Source of the DNA: Lama glama
Taxonomy: Eukaryota
Direction: 5' to 3'
NCBI GenBank assembly: GCA_028534125.1
Contig: CM052852.1
Coordinates: 94,550,001 to 94,614,000 of the forward strand
DNA: 64,000 nt
Part shown: positions 13,000 to 24,960 of the stretch, piece after piece
Layout of the letters: every line of letters starts with the position of its first letter
Position numbering within the stretch: position 1 is the first letter of the stretch
Notes under the pieces: model-generated
What the model was told of the DNA's origin: nothing
Seen by the model: the letters and a program-made list of their open reading frames with translations, nothing else
Database searches by the model: none
Position numbers and translations under genes: made by a program

Positions 13000-13139
13000 G
13001 TTTGTTTGGGTTTTTTTTCCGGGGGGTAATTAGGTTTATTTATTTATTTACCATTATTATTTTCTGTTTAATGGAGATACTGGGGATCGAACCCATGACC
13101 TTGTGCATGCTAAGCATGTGCTCTACCACTATACCTCCA
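13000..13139 (-). mobile_element. Camelid tRNA-Ala-derived SINE (Vic-1 type), long form
   Basis: Reverse complement reads ggaggtatagtggtagagcacatgcttagcatgcacaaggtcatgggttcgatccccagtatctcca...aaacctaattacccccc; TSD acactttaattttt at 12986-12999 and 13140-13153. Confidence 0.92.
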
Positions 13140-13819
13140 ACACTTTAATTTTTTGTTGTTCTAGGAGTAATACAGAGCACGCCACAGAGCTGTCCAGCCA
13201 GGCTGCGGTGAGGTTGCCCGGGCCTGTGTCCATCTCAGGGCTGGTGTGAAAATTACATGTAGCCATGAAGGGACAGTCTTCATGCTCTGGACAGTGCTGT
13301 CCACATGTGAACAATCATTTGTACCAATGCCACGCACACTGTCAGCAAAAGGAATCACACTTACAACTTCAGTAGGCCAAAGATGGTGGCATCAAGGAAG
13401 ACACCACCATGCTGTTCAATTCAGAGAGGCGTACAACCCTCTCAGATCACAAGTGCTGCGTTCTGCAAATGTTTCTCTCGCACAGAGCCAGAGGCTTTTA
13501 ATGTCTTTGATGAGTCACCAAGCCAGATGAATATGACCCAGCTGCCTTTGCCCTGTAGCTACTTGTGGTACAGCCCCATTTCACTTGAATCAGGTGAATG
13601 CAATTCAATGGCTCAAGTGCAAACCGAATCAGATAGTGGCTAAGTTGATCATCTTTTTGTCCAGTGACAAAACAGATGCTTGGCAACTGACACTCTGGAA
13701 TACAGGAAGGATGAGTCTCTAAAGGAAAAGCATAGCACCTGGGAAAACCCGGCTATGAGGGACCGACTCAACATAGTCAAAGGCCAGAAAGCCCCCTGTC
13801 ATGCCAGCAAGACTCTTAC

Positions 13820-13916
13820 CTTCTGGAAGTTCCCTCATCGTCAGCTTCATTGTCCAAGGACAGGCTATTGCAACACTCAGGTGAGTAGTGATGGTGGCCG
13901 TGACTCGAGCAGCCAG
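13820..13916 (-). other. Candidate 97-nt internal exon (unidentified transcript)
   Basis: Acceptor ttactcctctcccatctgtccctacag| and donor GAAG|GTAAGAGT in repeat-free sequence; two frames open (GCSSHGHHHYSPECCNSLSLDNEADDEGTSR and LAARVTATITTHLSVAIACPWTMKLTMRELPE), neither recognised. Confidence 0.45.
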
Positions 13917-14289
13917 CTGTAGGGACAGATGGGAGAGGAGTAACATGAGAGCTGTGCTGAGAACAGCAGTCCAAGTCCTCAGTGGCCTGTCTGCATTGTT
14001 CAATTTCAAATAGATCCACGCACAGAACACTTCTCCTTCACTGTGGCAAGACCTGACTTGAAATTGAGGCAGGGGGGACTTCTAATCTCTATTTATCCTA
14101 CATAAGTGAATATTCATATATTTCACTGCAGAAACATAATTTGTTTGACTATTGGATGCTGCCCTAGTATTATGTAACACACAATACAGTGCAATGTATT
14201 ATCTTTCTAAAATTTGAAGTGTTTACATCTCTGAACCACACCTGGCCCCTAAGTAAGGGATGGTGGACATGTTCAAAAGGCGGGCTCTG

Positions 14290-14706
14290 GGATGGACCTA
14301 GAGATCGCAATACTAAGTGAAATGAATCAGAGAAAGATAAGAATCACATGATGTCACTTATATGCGGAATCTTAAAAAAATGATATAAATGAACTTACTA
14401 CAAAACAGAAATAGACTCATAGACATAAAAAATAAACTTATGGTTACCAAAGGGGAAAGGGGGGCAGAAGTAATAAATTAGGAGTTTGTGGTTAACAGAT
14501 ACATACTACTGTATATAAAATAGATAAACAACAAGGTCCTACTGTACAGCACAGGGAACTATAGTCAATATCTTCTAATAACCTATAATGAAAAAGAATA
14601 TATATATATATGTAAAACTGAATCACTATGCTGTACACCAGAAACTACCACACCATTGTAAATCAACTATACTTAAATTTAAAAAAAAAAAGAGAAAAAG
14701 AAAGAG
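14290..14706 (+). mobile_element. 5'-truncated L1 3' end (family A) with TSD, inserted at the head of a MIR
   Basis: L1 3' UTR and A/AG tail; TSD aaaaggcgggctctg (14275-14289) vs aaaaagtgggctctg (14707-14721). Confidence 0.93.
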
Positions 14707-14711
14707 AAAAA

Positions 14712-14870
14712 GTGGGCTCTGAAACCAGACTGCCTGTTCCTAATCCAGCCTATGTCACCCAGTAGCCATGTGACTTATGGTAAATTATTTCATCTCTCTA
14801 AGTGTTGATGAAGATAATGGTTGGTATGAAAATTAAGTGAGCAAACAAACATAAAGTGCTAGAAGGCACT
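14712..14870 (+). mobile_element. MIR
   Basis: gggctctgaaaccagactgcctg...agccatgtgacttatggtaaattatttcatctctctaag. Confidence 0.75.
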
Positions 14871-16194
14871 TCATGTCATGAAGAATGACCTAAGGACAGC
14901 TGGCATAAACCTGGACCCCCCAGGAAGCCAGGCTCCTCTGCCCAAAGAGCTATGAGCCATTATCAAAGAGGCGAGCTCTACGGGCTCTCGTGACCCGGAT
15001 TCTGGAAGGGAGTGAAGGGAAACCTTTACTGGTAACACTAAGTATCACTGCCATCACTTGGGGCTACGATGTTTGAGACCTGACATGTTCTTTGGGATCT
15101 GGACTTGACTTCACTCTCAACATATGCTGTGACTTTGAGCAAGCCACTTGCCCCCCCGCCCCGGACTTTGGTAAGGAAGGGCTAAACTCCATTTCTAAAG
15201 GCTGTCCAGCTTGAACACTGGACTCCAACGGGAACACACTGCAGAAGAACAACCCTGACTGGGGATTTGAAAACCTCTCGCTGGCTAATTCCTGGGGGCT
15301 AAGGCAACACAATCCTTGTTTTCATAACCCAGAGCTACGTTCGGGGCCAGATCAGAGCAGCAGATGGACAGACCCAACTCCTAGATGTTTGTAATTGATC
15401 NNNNNNNNNNNNNNNNNNNNNNNNNNNNNNNNNNNNNNNNNNNNNNNNNNNNNNNNNNNNNNNNNNNNNNNNNNNNNNNNNNNNNNNNNNNNNNNNNNNN
15501 NNNNNNNNNNNNNNNNNNNNNNNNNNNNNNNNNNNNNNNNCGAGCTGGGGCAGGTGGCGGGAAAGAGTCCAGACAAGCAGGGGAATTTGGCTGCTCTCAA
15601 AATATCGGACAGGAACTTTAAAAACTGAACTGATTTATGCTTTGTAATGTTTTCAATAATGTGTGAATTAAGTTTGAGTTTAAATCTGGGCTCAAGGAGA
15701 AATTTTCTCTGTTGCCAGCCATGAAAGGGCCACAGAAAAATCTCATTGTATGGTAACATTCCCTCTGCTGCACCAAGAATTGCACTTTGCATAAATAATG
15801 GATTCCGGGGAAGAATAAGTAACGTGCATTCCTTTTCAGTATCCAAGAATGCTCACAATTACCTGGGGGTCTGAAAACTCCTCTGGGGTTTACAAATCTC
15901 TGGATTGCAGCAAAGGCACTGGCACTGCAGACCTGGCTTACCGGCTCTGCAAGCTCAAGGCTCTGCCACGGCAACGTGACGTGAGTCTCAGTCCTTCAGT
16001 CAAGGCATGGACATCCCAGGTCCATAATCTGCCCCGAACCAGACTCTGCACTAGGAAACGCATCACATTTCCAGTGGGAACCAGGATCACCGTGACATGT
16101 AAGACACAATTAGGACCTCACTGTTCTCTTCATTTGGAGATCAAGTGCAGTTTACCAAGATGTGTCTGGGTGCTGAGTTGGCAAGGGGTGGACT

Positions 16195-16287
16195 TGTGAT
16201 GGCTAATTTTTAACTGTCAACTTAACTAGGCCATAGGGCACCCAGATATCTGATTAAGCATTATTTCTGGGTGTGCCTGTGGGGGTC
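16195..16287 (+). mobile_element. MLT2 (ERVL) LTR 5' fragment
   Basis: tgtgatggctaatttttaactgtcaacttaactaggcca...cccagata...attatttctgggtgtg, typical MLT2 start. Confidence 0.75.
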
Positions 16288-17821
16288 ACAAAACTGGAGA
16301 CATGTGTCAGATGCAGGATGAGCCAGGACATGAGGAAACCAGAGAGAAGGTGCTGCCCGCTGTTGGAGCAGACAGAGAAATGGGGTCCCAGCAGGGGGAG
16401 AGGGGTCCCTGGATCCCAGGCTCTGGATACAGTAGGAGGGGCTGTGCCCTGGGAAGGGCCAGCGGCAGGTTAACAGCAGCACATATAGGAAGGATTAGAT
16501 TGCAAACACACTGCTGAGACAGGCTTGGCAAGGTGAAGGCTGAGTGAGTGAGCTCTTGCCAAGGCGTCCATGCCTGGGACCCTTAGACTCACAGCAACAC
16601 TGGTAGATCCAGGCCAGCTGAAGTCCCAGCCTCGTGGTTAGTGGCCCATATACATGCACAAAGATTCTCGTCACACAGCCAGCCCATCAAGTGCTAGGAT
16701 GGTGATGATTAATGGTAATGCAAGCCTGGCATAAATAGAGAACTTGTGCTCTTCAAAGCATTTCTTCATCAATGAATTCATTTTTGCCTTCATAGAAAAT
16801 CTTAAGGCAGGTAAGGCAGGTGCTACCTTCCCTTGCATAGAAGGAGCAGTTTTTTTCCCCAAGGTTACCCAACCAGCCAAGGACAGAGGAAAACGGCCCA
16901 GCCCCTAGTCTCAGATTTTTCCACGAGCCTCATGTCCTTTTTAAGTCATGACTGGCACAAAATCAGTCAGGTTTCCACTGGCAAACAGTCCATTTCCACG
17001 GGGCCTCCAAGTCTGGGCTGCTTAGAAGCATGGCCCCTCATTTCCAATAGGTTTGCAATTTAAAGACTGGATTCTGATGAGAAGTATCTGGAATCTGATC
17101 AAGGCTAATTACAGTTGAAGGGTATGAAAATTGGGAACTCGGAAGCAGATTGGCTCTACTACTGCCTGGGCAGAATAATCAAGAAATTAGCAGAAAGTGA
17201 TGGCGACCATAAAGAGGCACTAGAGGATAATTGAAGTATTAAAATTAAAGATAGGCTGGCAAGTGGTCTGTCCCTTGAGGATCCAGGCCATCTTCTTTGC
17301 TATCAGGCCATAATATGACTGAAGAGCTTTTCAACAAGGTGATAGGGGCTCTGTTAGAGGGCTTGTCTCATAAGCCAGAGATGGGGCTGCAGCTAAGGGA
17401 CACTGGCTAGTGGGCAGGCTTTTCTGCATGATACATGGGGACCCTGGCTGGGCGCCATGCTTTTAGGGTGGCTCCACCAAAGTAGAGCAAGTACAGAGAG
17501 GGTCAGTCAGAGAAATGAAGGCTCTGAACTTACAGCAGGGGGAAGCCTTTAAGGATCGTCCCGGTTTTGGCCAGTGAGGCAATGGTTCCAGATGGGCACC
17601 GTCAGTGTGTTCAGTTATTGTAGCGGGGACATCACAAGGAAAAGGGATTATTAAAATCGGTAAAACTGAGGCTTGGAGAGATAAAGGGACTTGCCAAGTC
17701 AAGTGAGAGGAGACTGAATCTTGACTTCCATTCTGTCCTCTACCATAGCCAACAATACTCTTTCTATTAGATCACATAGATCTCAGTTTGACAGAAGAAA
17801 CACTCAACATTTAGAGATGTG

Positions 17822-18198
17822 AAATCCCAGACTGGGAGTTCGAAATTTGTAGATACCAACAGGCATATGCAGAATAGATCAATGAGATTATACTGTACAG
17901 CACAGGGAAATACATACAAGATCTTGTGGTAGCTCACAGCGAAAAAGAATGTGACAATGAATATGTGTATAACTGAAAAATTGTGCTCCACATTGGAAAT
18001 TGACACAACACTGTGAAATGACTATAACTCAATAAAAAATGTTAAAACAAACAAACAAACAAAAAAGAAATACAATAAAATGTGAACGATGTGTTCGGTG
18101 GCAGGAGACTAGGTGGAGCGATTTTTTTCTCTTATGATAGAACTAAAATAAAATATTATAAAAAGTGGTATTTTCAACAACAACAACAACAACAACAA
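17822..18198 (+). mobile_element. Young L1 3' end ('family B') carrying a 3'-transduced segment, perfect 16-bp TSD
   Basis: TSD aacatttagagatgtg at 17806-17821 and 18199-18214; L1 to about 18043, tail 1 at 18044-18070, extra segment 18071-18175 with AATAAA at 18147-18152, tail 2 (CAA)n at 18176-18198. Confidence 0.9.
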
Positions 18199-18214
18199 AA
18201 CATTTAGAGATGTG

Positions 18215-18300
18215 TAATGGCAGAACCCACGCTTCGTGAGGCAGTGACTTCTCTATCATTGGAGACATTCAAACTGAAGCTGGAGGAAAACTGCCAGGTA
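18215..18300 (+). mobile_element. CR1/L3-like 3' fragment
   Basis: gaggcagtgacttctctatcattggagacattcaaactgaagctgga resembles the CR1/L3 3' end. Confidence 0.45.
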
Positions 18301-20199
18301 TTCAGACATCAGAGGTGAGTTAGACCACACAGCCTGTCATGACCCTCCCAACACGGAGCTGTTGGACCCGGCCACCTCAAAAGCATGTGTGAAGTGGGTG
18401 GGACACATGTTGTAAATAAATCCCTGATTGATCCTCGGTAACTGGGAAGAGGAGAGATCAATGACTCACAAATCATTCTAAATCCTTCTTTTAGCCCCCT
18501 AATCCACATGCTATTTACTACCCACTTCACAAAGTCCACTAATTTGACAGCAGCCTCCTGTTTTCTTGCCCTTTAAGACAAGGTAGAAAAATGTCCTTAG
18601 AGGAAAAGAGGGACACATGGTCCCAACTGGATACCCAGCTTAGCACTGAAAACAGTTGCAAAAGATCCAGGGATGAAAAGTAAGATGCCTCACCCGCCGT
18701 GACATAGGACCTATCAATATTGTCACCAACTGATCATTTTCCAGAAGGCACAGGGTCTTAGTCCAGCTAATAAATCGTAATCTTCACCCCCTATGCTCTC
18801 AGTGGGGTCCTTAAGAAAAGTGCCGATTCCTCTAAACTACCTCCACCTCGCCTTCCTATCGTCCTCCCAAGGAATTGAGCCCTGACATCTCCGTCTAGTC
18901 CCTGGCCAGCCTGAACTCTGTGAGCTCTGACAGTGCTTGTTGGCTGAAACTTGAGGTGAATTCCGACACAATTTCATTTGGTAATGTGATGGAAGCCAAT
19001 GCTCTTAAATAATCAGCCTTGGAAATATAAACGCATGTGGAGGTATAAGCAATGTTTTTATAGCTTTATATCCCACCTACTTCTCCAGAAGGATTTTAGG
19101 CAGCCTAAATACAACATTTTAGTGGTAATACAATGAAACCAAAATTGCTTAAACAAGAGTAAAAACTAGAAGGGCCGAGTCACAGAAAGGGATTGCGGGG
19201 AGGAAAAATGACTGTATGGGACGATCTGGGTCAGAGGTTGCAGACTCTACAGGGACCAGGCAGGTAGCATACATGTGCGAATCAGGACAGATTTGAGACA
19301 AATGAGAGATGTCTTAAATCTCTATATATTCTACATAGATATACATTCATCCGCAAAGCCATGTGATGATTTTACATACAAAGCTAGCTGAATGTAATTC
19401 AGCTATAGGCAACATTTGGACCCCACTTTGTGACTCCTGACCTAGATGAAGAGAAGCTGTTTAGAATGAGCAACAATCTGACTCTGAGGTTCCTGGAAGA
19501 TAAGGCAAAGGTGGACAGATGATGGCCGAGAGGATCCTCAGCTGCTAACAAAAGCAAGTAGACTAGTCTGTCAAGAAAGACAACCTGTTTCTTATTTCAG
19601 AGCTCTAAGAAAAGTTTGTTGCCTAGGTCTTTGCTTCAGGGAACTTGCACCATATAATGGATGGTATATTTAACAGGAATTTTACCCAAGAAATACACTG
19701 ATATTCCACATATGGTGTCTATTATGTGGCCCCTCAGGAAAATCCAAACGTATAGTGTTAAGCTATCATTCTGTGAAGGCAATTCCACTGGGAAACAGAG
19801 TGATAGAGACCAGGTCTGTAGCTTCCTGGAGCTTTGGTATGATATAGGGATAAAGTTTTGAAAATCTGGAGGAATTCCCTAAAACTGGCACTCTGGAATA
19901 TCAATGGCTTCCGCTGGGTTTTTGACAGGAACTATAATACAGATAATTCAAACTAGAGGTCCTGAGAGGTGGCCGGAGAGAAGGGGAGATGCTCTTCATT
20001 GTTGACAGAAAGAGGATCCAGGCCCAACTCAGTGGGGACGTAGCCAGGCTGGGCCTGTGCTCATCCGAAGGGCAGCTTCATTCATACATTTGGGATGGAT
20101 TCTCTCTTTCCCCAGGCAGCTATAGTTACAACACATCTGTGCATACCACAGACACACAAGGGGCCGTGATCACATCCCTCTGTATGCATATGGTTTCCA

Positions 20200-20480
20200 A
20201 ATTGATAGCTCCAGCCTAGACCTCTTCTCCGAGCTGCAGACTTGTATAATCTTTGTCTCTCTTTATCTCTTTCTCTCTCCCTTTGGATGGCTCATAAACA
20301 TCATCATAAACATCTCATGAACAAATGTCTGCATGGGCAAAACTGAACTTGATTTTCTTCTTTCTCCAAATCTACTCCTCCCCCAGCCTTGTCCACCTCA
20401 GTAGATGGCAGCAACATCACCCCAGCTGCTCAAGTCAGAAACCCAGGAGTCGTTACCTTTGGTTCCCATTTCTTGAGACC
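20200..20480 (+). mobile_element. L2 fragment
   Basis: ctccagcctagacctctt...cagacttgtat...ggatggctcataaacatc...aaaactgaactt...ctcaagtcagaaacccaggagtc. Confidence 0.75.
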
Positions 20481-20489
20481 ACACTAGGG

Positions 20490-20890
20490 CATAGAGGAGA
20501 AGAGCCTGGGCCCTGAAGCCCATTGCCCAGGTTTGAACCCCAAAGCCACTTTTAAGCAGTTGTGCCACCTTGGCAAGTCATTCAAAACCAATATAGTTCA
20601 GTGATCTCATTGGCAAAACGAGGATAATAATGACACCTATTTGATAGTTTTAGGAGGATTAAATGAGGTGGCGTGGTAAGCTTATGGTATAAGCGCTGTT
20701 ACTCAGTAGCACCTGTTCAAAAACTGGCGGCTGAGATTACCCTCCTTCTCACCTTGTCTCCTCGCTAACAGCAGTCTTCTTCCTCTGCAAAATGCAGGTA
20801 GTACAGCCTATCTTACACGGGTATTTGGATGATTAAATGAGATAAAGCTCGTATGGCACCTGAGTGGCAGACCGTCAATAAATAGTCACT
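20490..20890 (+). mobile_element. Two MIR fragments
   Basis: caggtttgaacccc...ccttggcaagtca...aggaggattaaatgag, and tctgcaaaatg...gattaaatgagataa. Confidence 0.7.
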
Positions 20891-20939
20891 TTTATTAGTG
20901 ACTTTTTTTTTTTTGCGGAGGCATCAAGGAGTAGTAAAA

Positions 20940-21780
20940 AGAATTCATTCATTCATTAATTATTCAACAAATATTTTTCAAGCATCTATTAAATGTCAGG
21001 CATTTTGATAGACACTAGGAATAGAGTGAGGATCAAAATGATCCTTGTCCTCATGGGAGCTTATTTTCCAGTGAGGATTTGGGCAGACAATAAATGTAGC
21101 AAATAAGTCATTACAGAGTATGTTAATTGGTGAAAAGTCCTACTGGGAAGGGTAATGCAGAGAAGGAAAGTAAGTTTGGGACAGGGGTAGGTTATCATTT
21201 TCAATAGGATGGCCAGGGAAGTGACATTTGAGTAAGACTATGAAGGAGGGGAGGAGAAATCTGAAGAAGGAGCATTTTAGTTAGAGTAAATAGCACTTAC
21301 TAAGGCCCCAAGGCAGGGACAAGGACAGCTCCTTTGAGGAACAGCAGAGGCCAGCTAAAGAGGAGGGAGTGAGGAGAGAGGGAGCAGATGAAGTCAGATA
21401 GACAACAAGAGACCAGAGCACAGACGGCCTTACAGATCCTTGTAAAGACTTGAACTTTAAGTCCGAATGGGATTGAGAGCTAGTGGAAAGTTTCAATGAT
21501 AGAAGAAACATGATGTGTCTTAAAAATTTCACTCTGCCTGCTCTACTGAGACTAGTCTGAAGGGGACTTCGGTAAGAATGGAAGCAGGGAGTCCAGTCAG
21601 GAGGCCACCACAGTAAGACAAGCCAGAGATGATGGCAGCTTGGACTAGAATGGTCTCAATGAAGGTGGTGAAAAGTGTTCAGATTCTGGATATATCTTGA
21701 AAGTAGACCTCACAGGTTTGCTGACTGGCTATGAGGTACATTAAAACAAAAGGAGTCAAGGATGATTTCAAGTTCTGGAA
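20940..21780 (-). mobile_element. L2 (L2a-like) 3' region
   Basis: attcattcattcatt...attcaacaaatattt tail, then antisense L2 body (agccagagatgatggcagcttggactag; ggagtcaaggatga). Confidence 0.85.
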
Positions 21781-21944
21781 TCATAAACGACTGGTTTCAA
21801 ATCCCAACCCAACAATTTATGTGTTGTCTTTGAATCCAAATGGCAAATTACAATCACTGGAGCAGGGCCCAAAGGTGCCTAAAACCCTGAGAGGGGTATG
21901 AACCTTCTTCTCCTCTCAGAAGAGCTTTGGTTCTAAGGGATGGG

Positions 21945-24900
21945 GAACTAAATGAGAGATCAATAACAAAGATGTCTGGAAAATCCTCAAACTTTTGAAA
22001 ATAACAGTTTTAAATAATATATGGGTCAAAGAAGTTTCAGGAGAGTAACAACATATGTTTAACTGAATGAAAATATAACATCAAAATCTGTGGGATGTGG
22101 CTAAAAGAGTGCATAGAGGAAAATTTATAGCACTAACCACTTCCTATAGAAAAGAAGAAAAGTCTCAAATCAGTAATCTAAGCTTCCACCTAAAGATAAT
22201 AAAAAAAATCAAACAAAAGAAAGGAAATAGTAAAGAACAGAAATCAATGAAGTTGGAAATTAACAATACAGAAGGTCAATAAAACCCAAAGTTTATTGAA
22301 AAGATCGGTAAAATTAACACCCAATAAGACATACAATGAAAGCGAAAAGACATATTATCAATATCAGGAATAAAATGGTGGCTGTCTTTACAGACCTATA
22401 AACAATAAAAGCACAATAAGGGAATTGAATGAACAACTCTATGTACATATATTCAACAACTTAGATGAGAGGGACCAATTCCTTGAAAAACACAATCTAC
22501 CAAAACTCATCAAATATGAAATATGTCATCAAAATATCTCTGTATCTATGAAAGAAATTGAATCTGTAATTTAAAAACTTCCCCCAAAGAAATCAGTACT
22601 CCTAGATGAATTTATTAGTGAATTCTACCAAATATTTATAGAAGAACAAAATCCATTTTATATAATCTCTTCCCAAAATTAGAAGAGATGGGAATGCTTC
22701 CCAACTCATTTTATGAAGCTATCATTACCATAATAATAAAATCAGATAAAGTAATTTACAAGAAAAGAAAAGACCAATATTCTTCATAATTGCACAGTTT
22801 CTTGACAAAATATTAGCAAATCAAATTCAGCAATATGTAAAAATGATAATATTGCAACCAAGTGGGATTTATCCTGGAATTGCAAGCTTGGTTCAATATT
22901 CAATAATCACTGGATATAATCACAATATTAACAGCTTAAAGAAGAAAAAAACACACAGTCCTTTTAATACGTGCAAAGGAACCTTTTGACAAACTCCAAT
23001 ATACATTTGTGATAAAAACTTCCCCAACTGATAAAGGGCATATACAAAAATACTTAGAGTTAACATCACACAGTTGTGACAGACTGAACTCTTTCCCCTT
23101 AAGAATGGGAATAAGGCAAGAATGTCTGCTTTCACTCCTCCTAGCCAACATCATACTGAAAGCTTTAGTGCAATAAAGAAAGAAAAGGAACTAAAAGTAC
23201 ATGCAGACTGAAAAAGAAAGATTAAAATTGTCACTATTTGCAGAAGACATGATCGCTTGTTTAGAAAATCCTGAGGAACGTACCAAAAAGCCTCGCAGAA
23301 CTTGTGAGCTCATCAAAGGCACAGGATGCAAGGTCAACACACAAAAATCCACCATATTTCTACATACTAGCAATGAATATTTAGGAACAAAAGATTTTAA
23401 AATACGCCATTTATAATAGCTAAAAATGAAACACTTAGTTATAAATCTGATAAAGCATGTATAGGATTATATGCTGAAAATTATAAAACACCAATAGGAA
23501 AAAATAAAAGACAACCTAAATAGACAGAGAAACAAACTGTTTGTGGACAGAAAGACTCAGCACACTAACAACGTCAATTCTCCCAAAATTATTTTCCAGA
23601 TTTAATGCAATTCCAATAAAAATCTCAGCAGAATTTTTGTACATATAGACAAGCTGATTCTAGAATATATGTGAAAAGGAAAAGGAACTAGAATAGCCAG
23701 AACAATTTTGAAAGGATAAAGCTGGAAGACTCACACTAACCCAATTTTACAACTTACTCTATAGCTACAGTAATCAAGACAGTGTGGTATTGGCAGAGGG
23801 ATAGACACAGGGATCAATGGGCCTGCAGAGAGTCCAGAAAATGACCCTCACAAATATGTCCAATTGATTTTTGACAGAGGAAAGATAGTCATTTCAACAA
23901 ATGGTATTGGAAATTTGGACATGTATAGGGAAGCAAAACAAAACCAACAACTCGCCCCCACCCATCTCCATAAAGTCTAAAAATCTCACTCTCGTTAGCC
24001 TCACACATTATTTAAAAGATTAAGTGGAGGGAGCATCAATCTAAATGTAAAACATAACACTATAAAATATTTAGAAGAAAACACGGGGAAAATTTTTCTG
24101 TAACCTGAAGTTAGGTAGTGAGTTCTTGGGCATGACACCATAAAAGGAAAAATTCATAAATTGGACTTCATCAAAAATGAAAAATTTTGCTATGCAAAAG
24201 ACACTGTAAGAAAATGAAAAGACAATCTAAAGACTGGGGAAAATATTTTTCAAATCACATACCTGATAAAGGACTTCTACTGAGAACATATGAAGAAACT
24301 CAACAATAAGAAAACAAGTAAGTCAATTACAAAATGGGTGAAATTCCTGACTAGACACTTCCCCAAAGAGGATATATGGATGACAAATATGTAATATGTA
24401 CACGAAAAGATGTTCAGCATCACTAGCCATCAGGGATGAAAGTGAAAACCACAGTGAGCTATCACTACATACTTGTAAGAATGTCAAAAAGAAAAAATAC
24501 TGACAAATGAAGTATTGATGAGCACACTGAGCAACTGGATCTCTTCCACATTGTTAGAGGGAATTCAAAATGGTACAGCCACTCTGGAAAACAGTTTGGA
24601 AGCTTTTTAAAAATAAAGTCAAATATGCACTAATCATACGACCCACCTATAGCACTCTAGGGCATTTTTCCCAGGGAGATTAAAACTTAAGCCCATACAG
24701 AAATATGTATATTGATGTTTAAAGCAGCTTTAGTCATAAGTCTCAAGTTGGAAACAATCCAAATCTCTCTCAGCAGGTGAAAAGATGAATTGCAGTACAT
24801 CCATATGGTGGAATACTACACAGCTAGAGAAAGGAATCAACTGCTGATACAGGCACTAACTCGGATGAATCTTACAGGCATTGTGGATGAATTTTAAAAG

Positions 24901-24960
24901 TATCATCCATTTATAAGACATTCTCCAAAAGGTAAAACGTTAATGGTGAAGAGCAGCATA
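21945..24960 (+). mobile_element. Old ~3-kb L1 (L1MC/MD-like): degraded ORF2 plus 3' UTR
   Basis: Relic peptides AKRVHRGKFIALTTSYRKEEKSQISNL (22097) and KLSLFAEDMIACLENPE (23201, RT FADD motif region); many stops and frameshifts. Confidence 0.92.

Noticed and set aside
21945-24960. Functional reverse transcriptase
   Set aside because: 5'-truncated with many stops and frameshifts; catalytic FADD is mutated to FAED.
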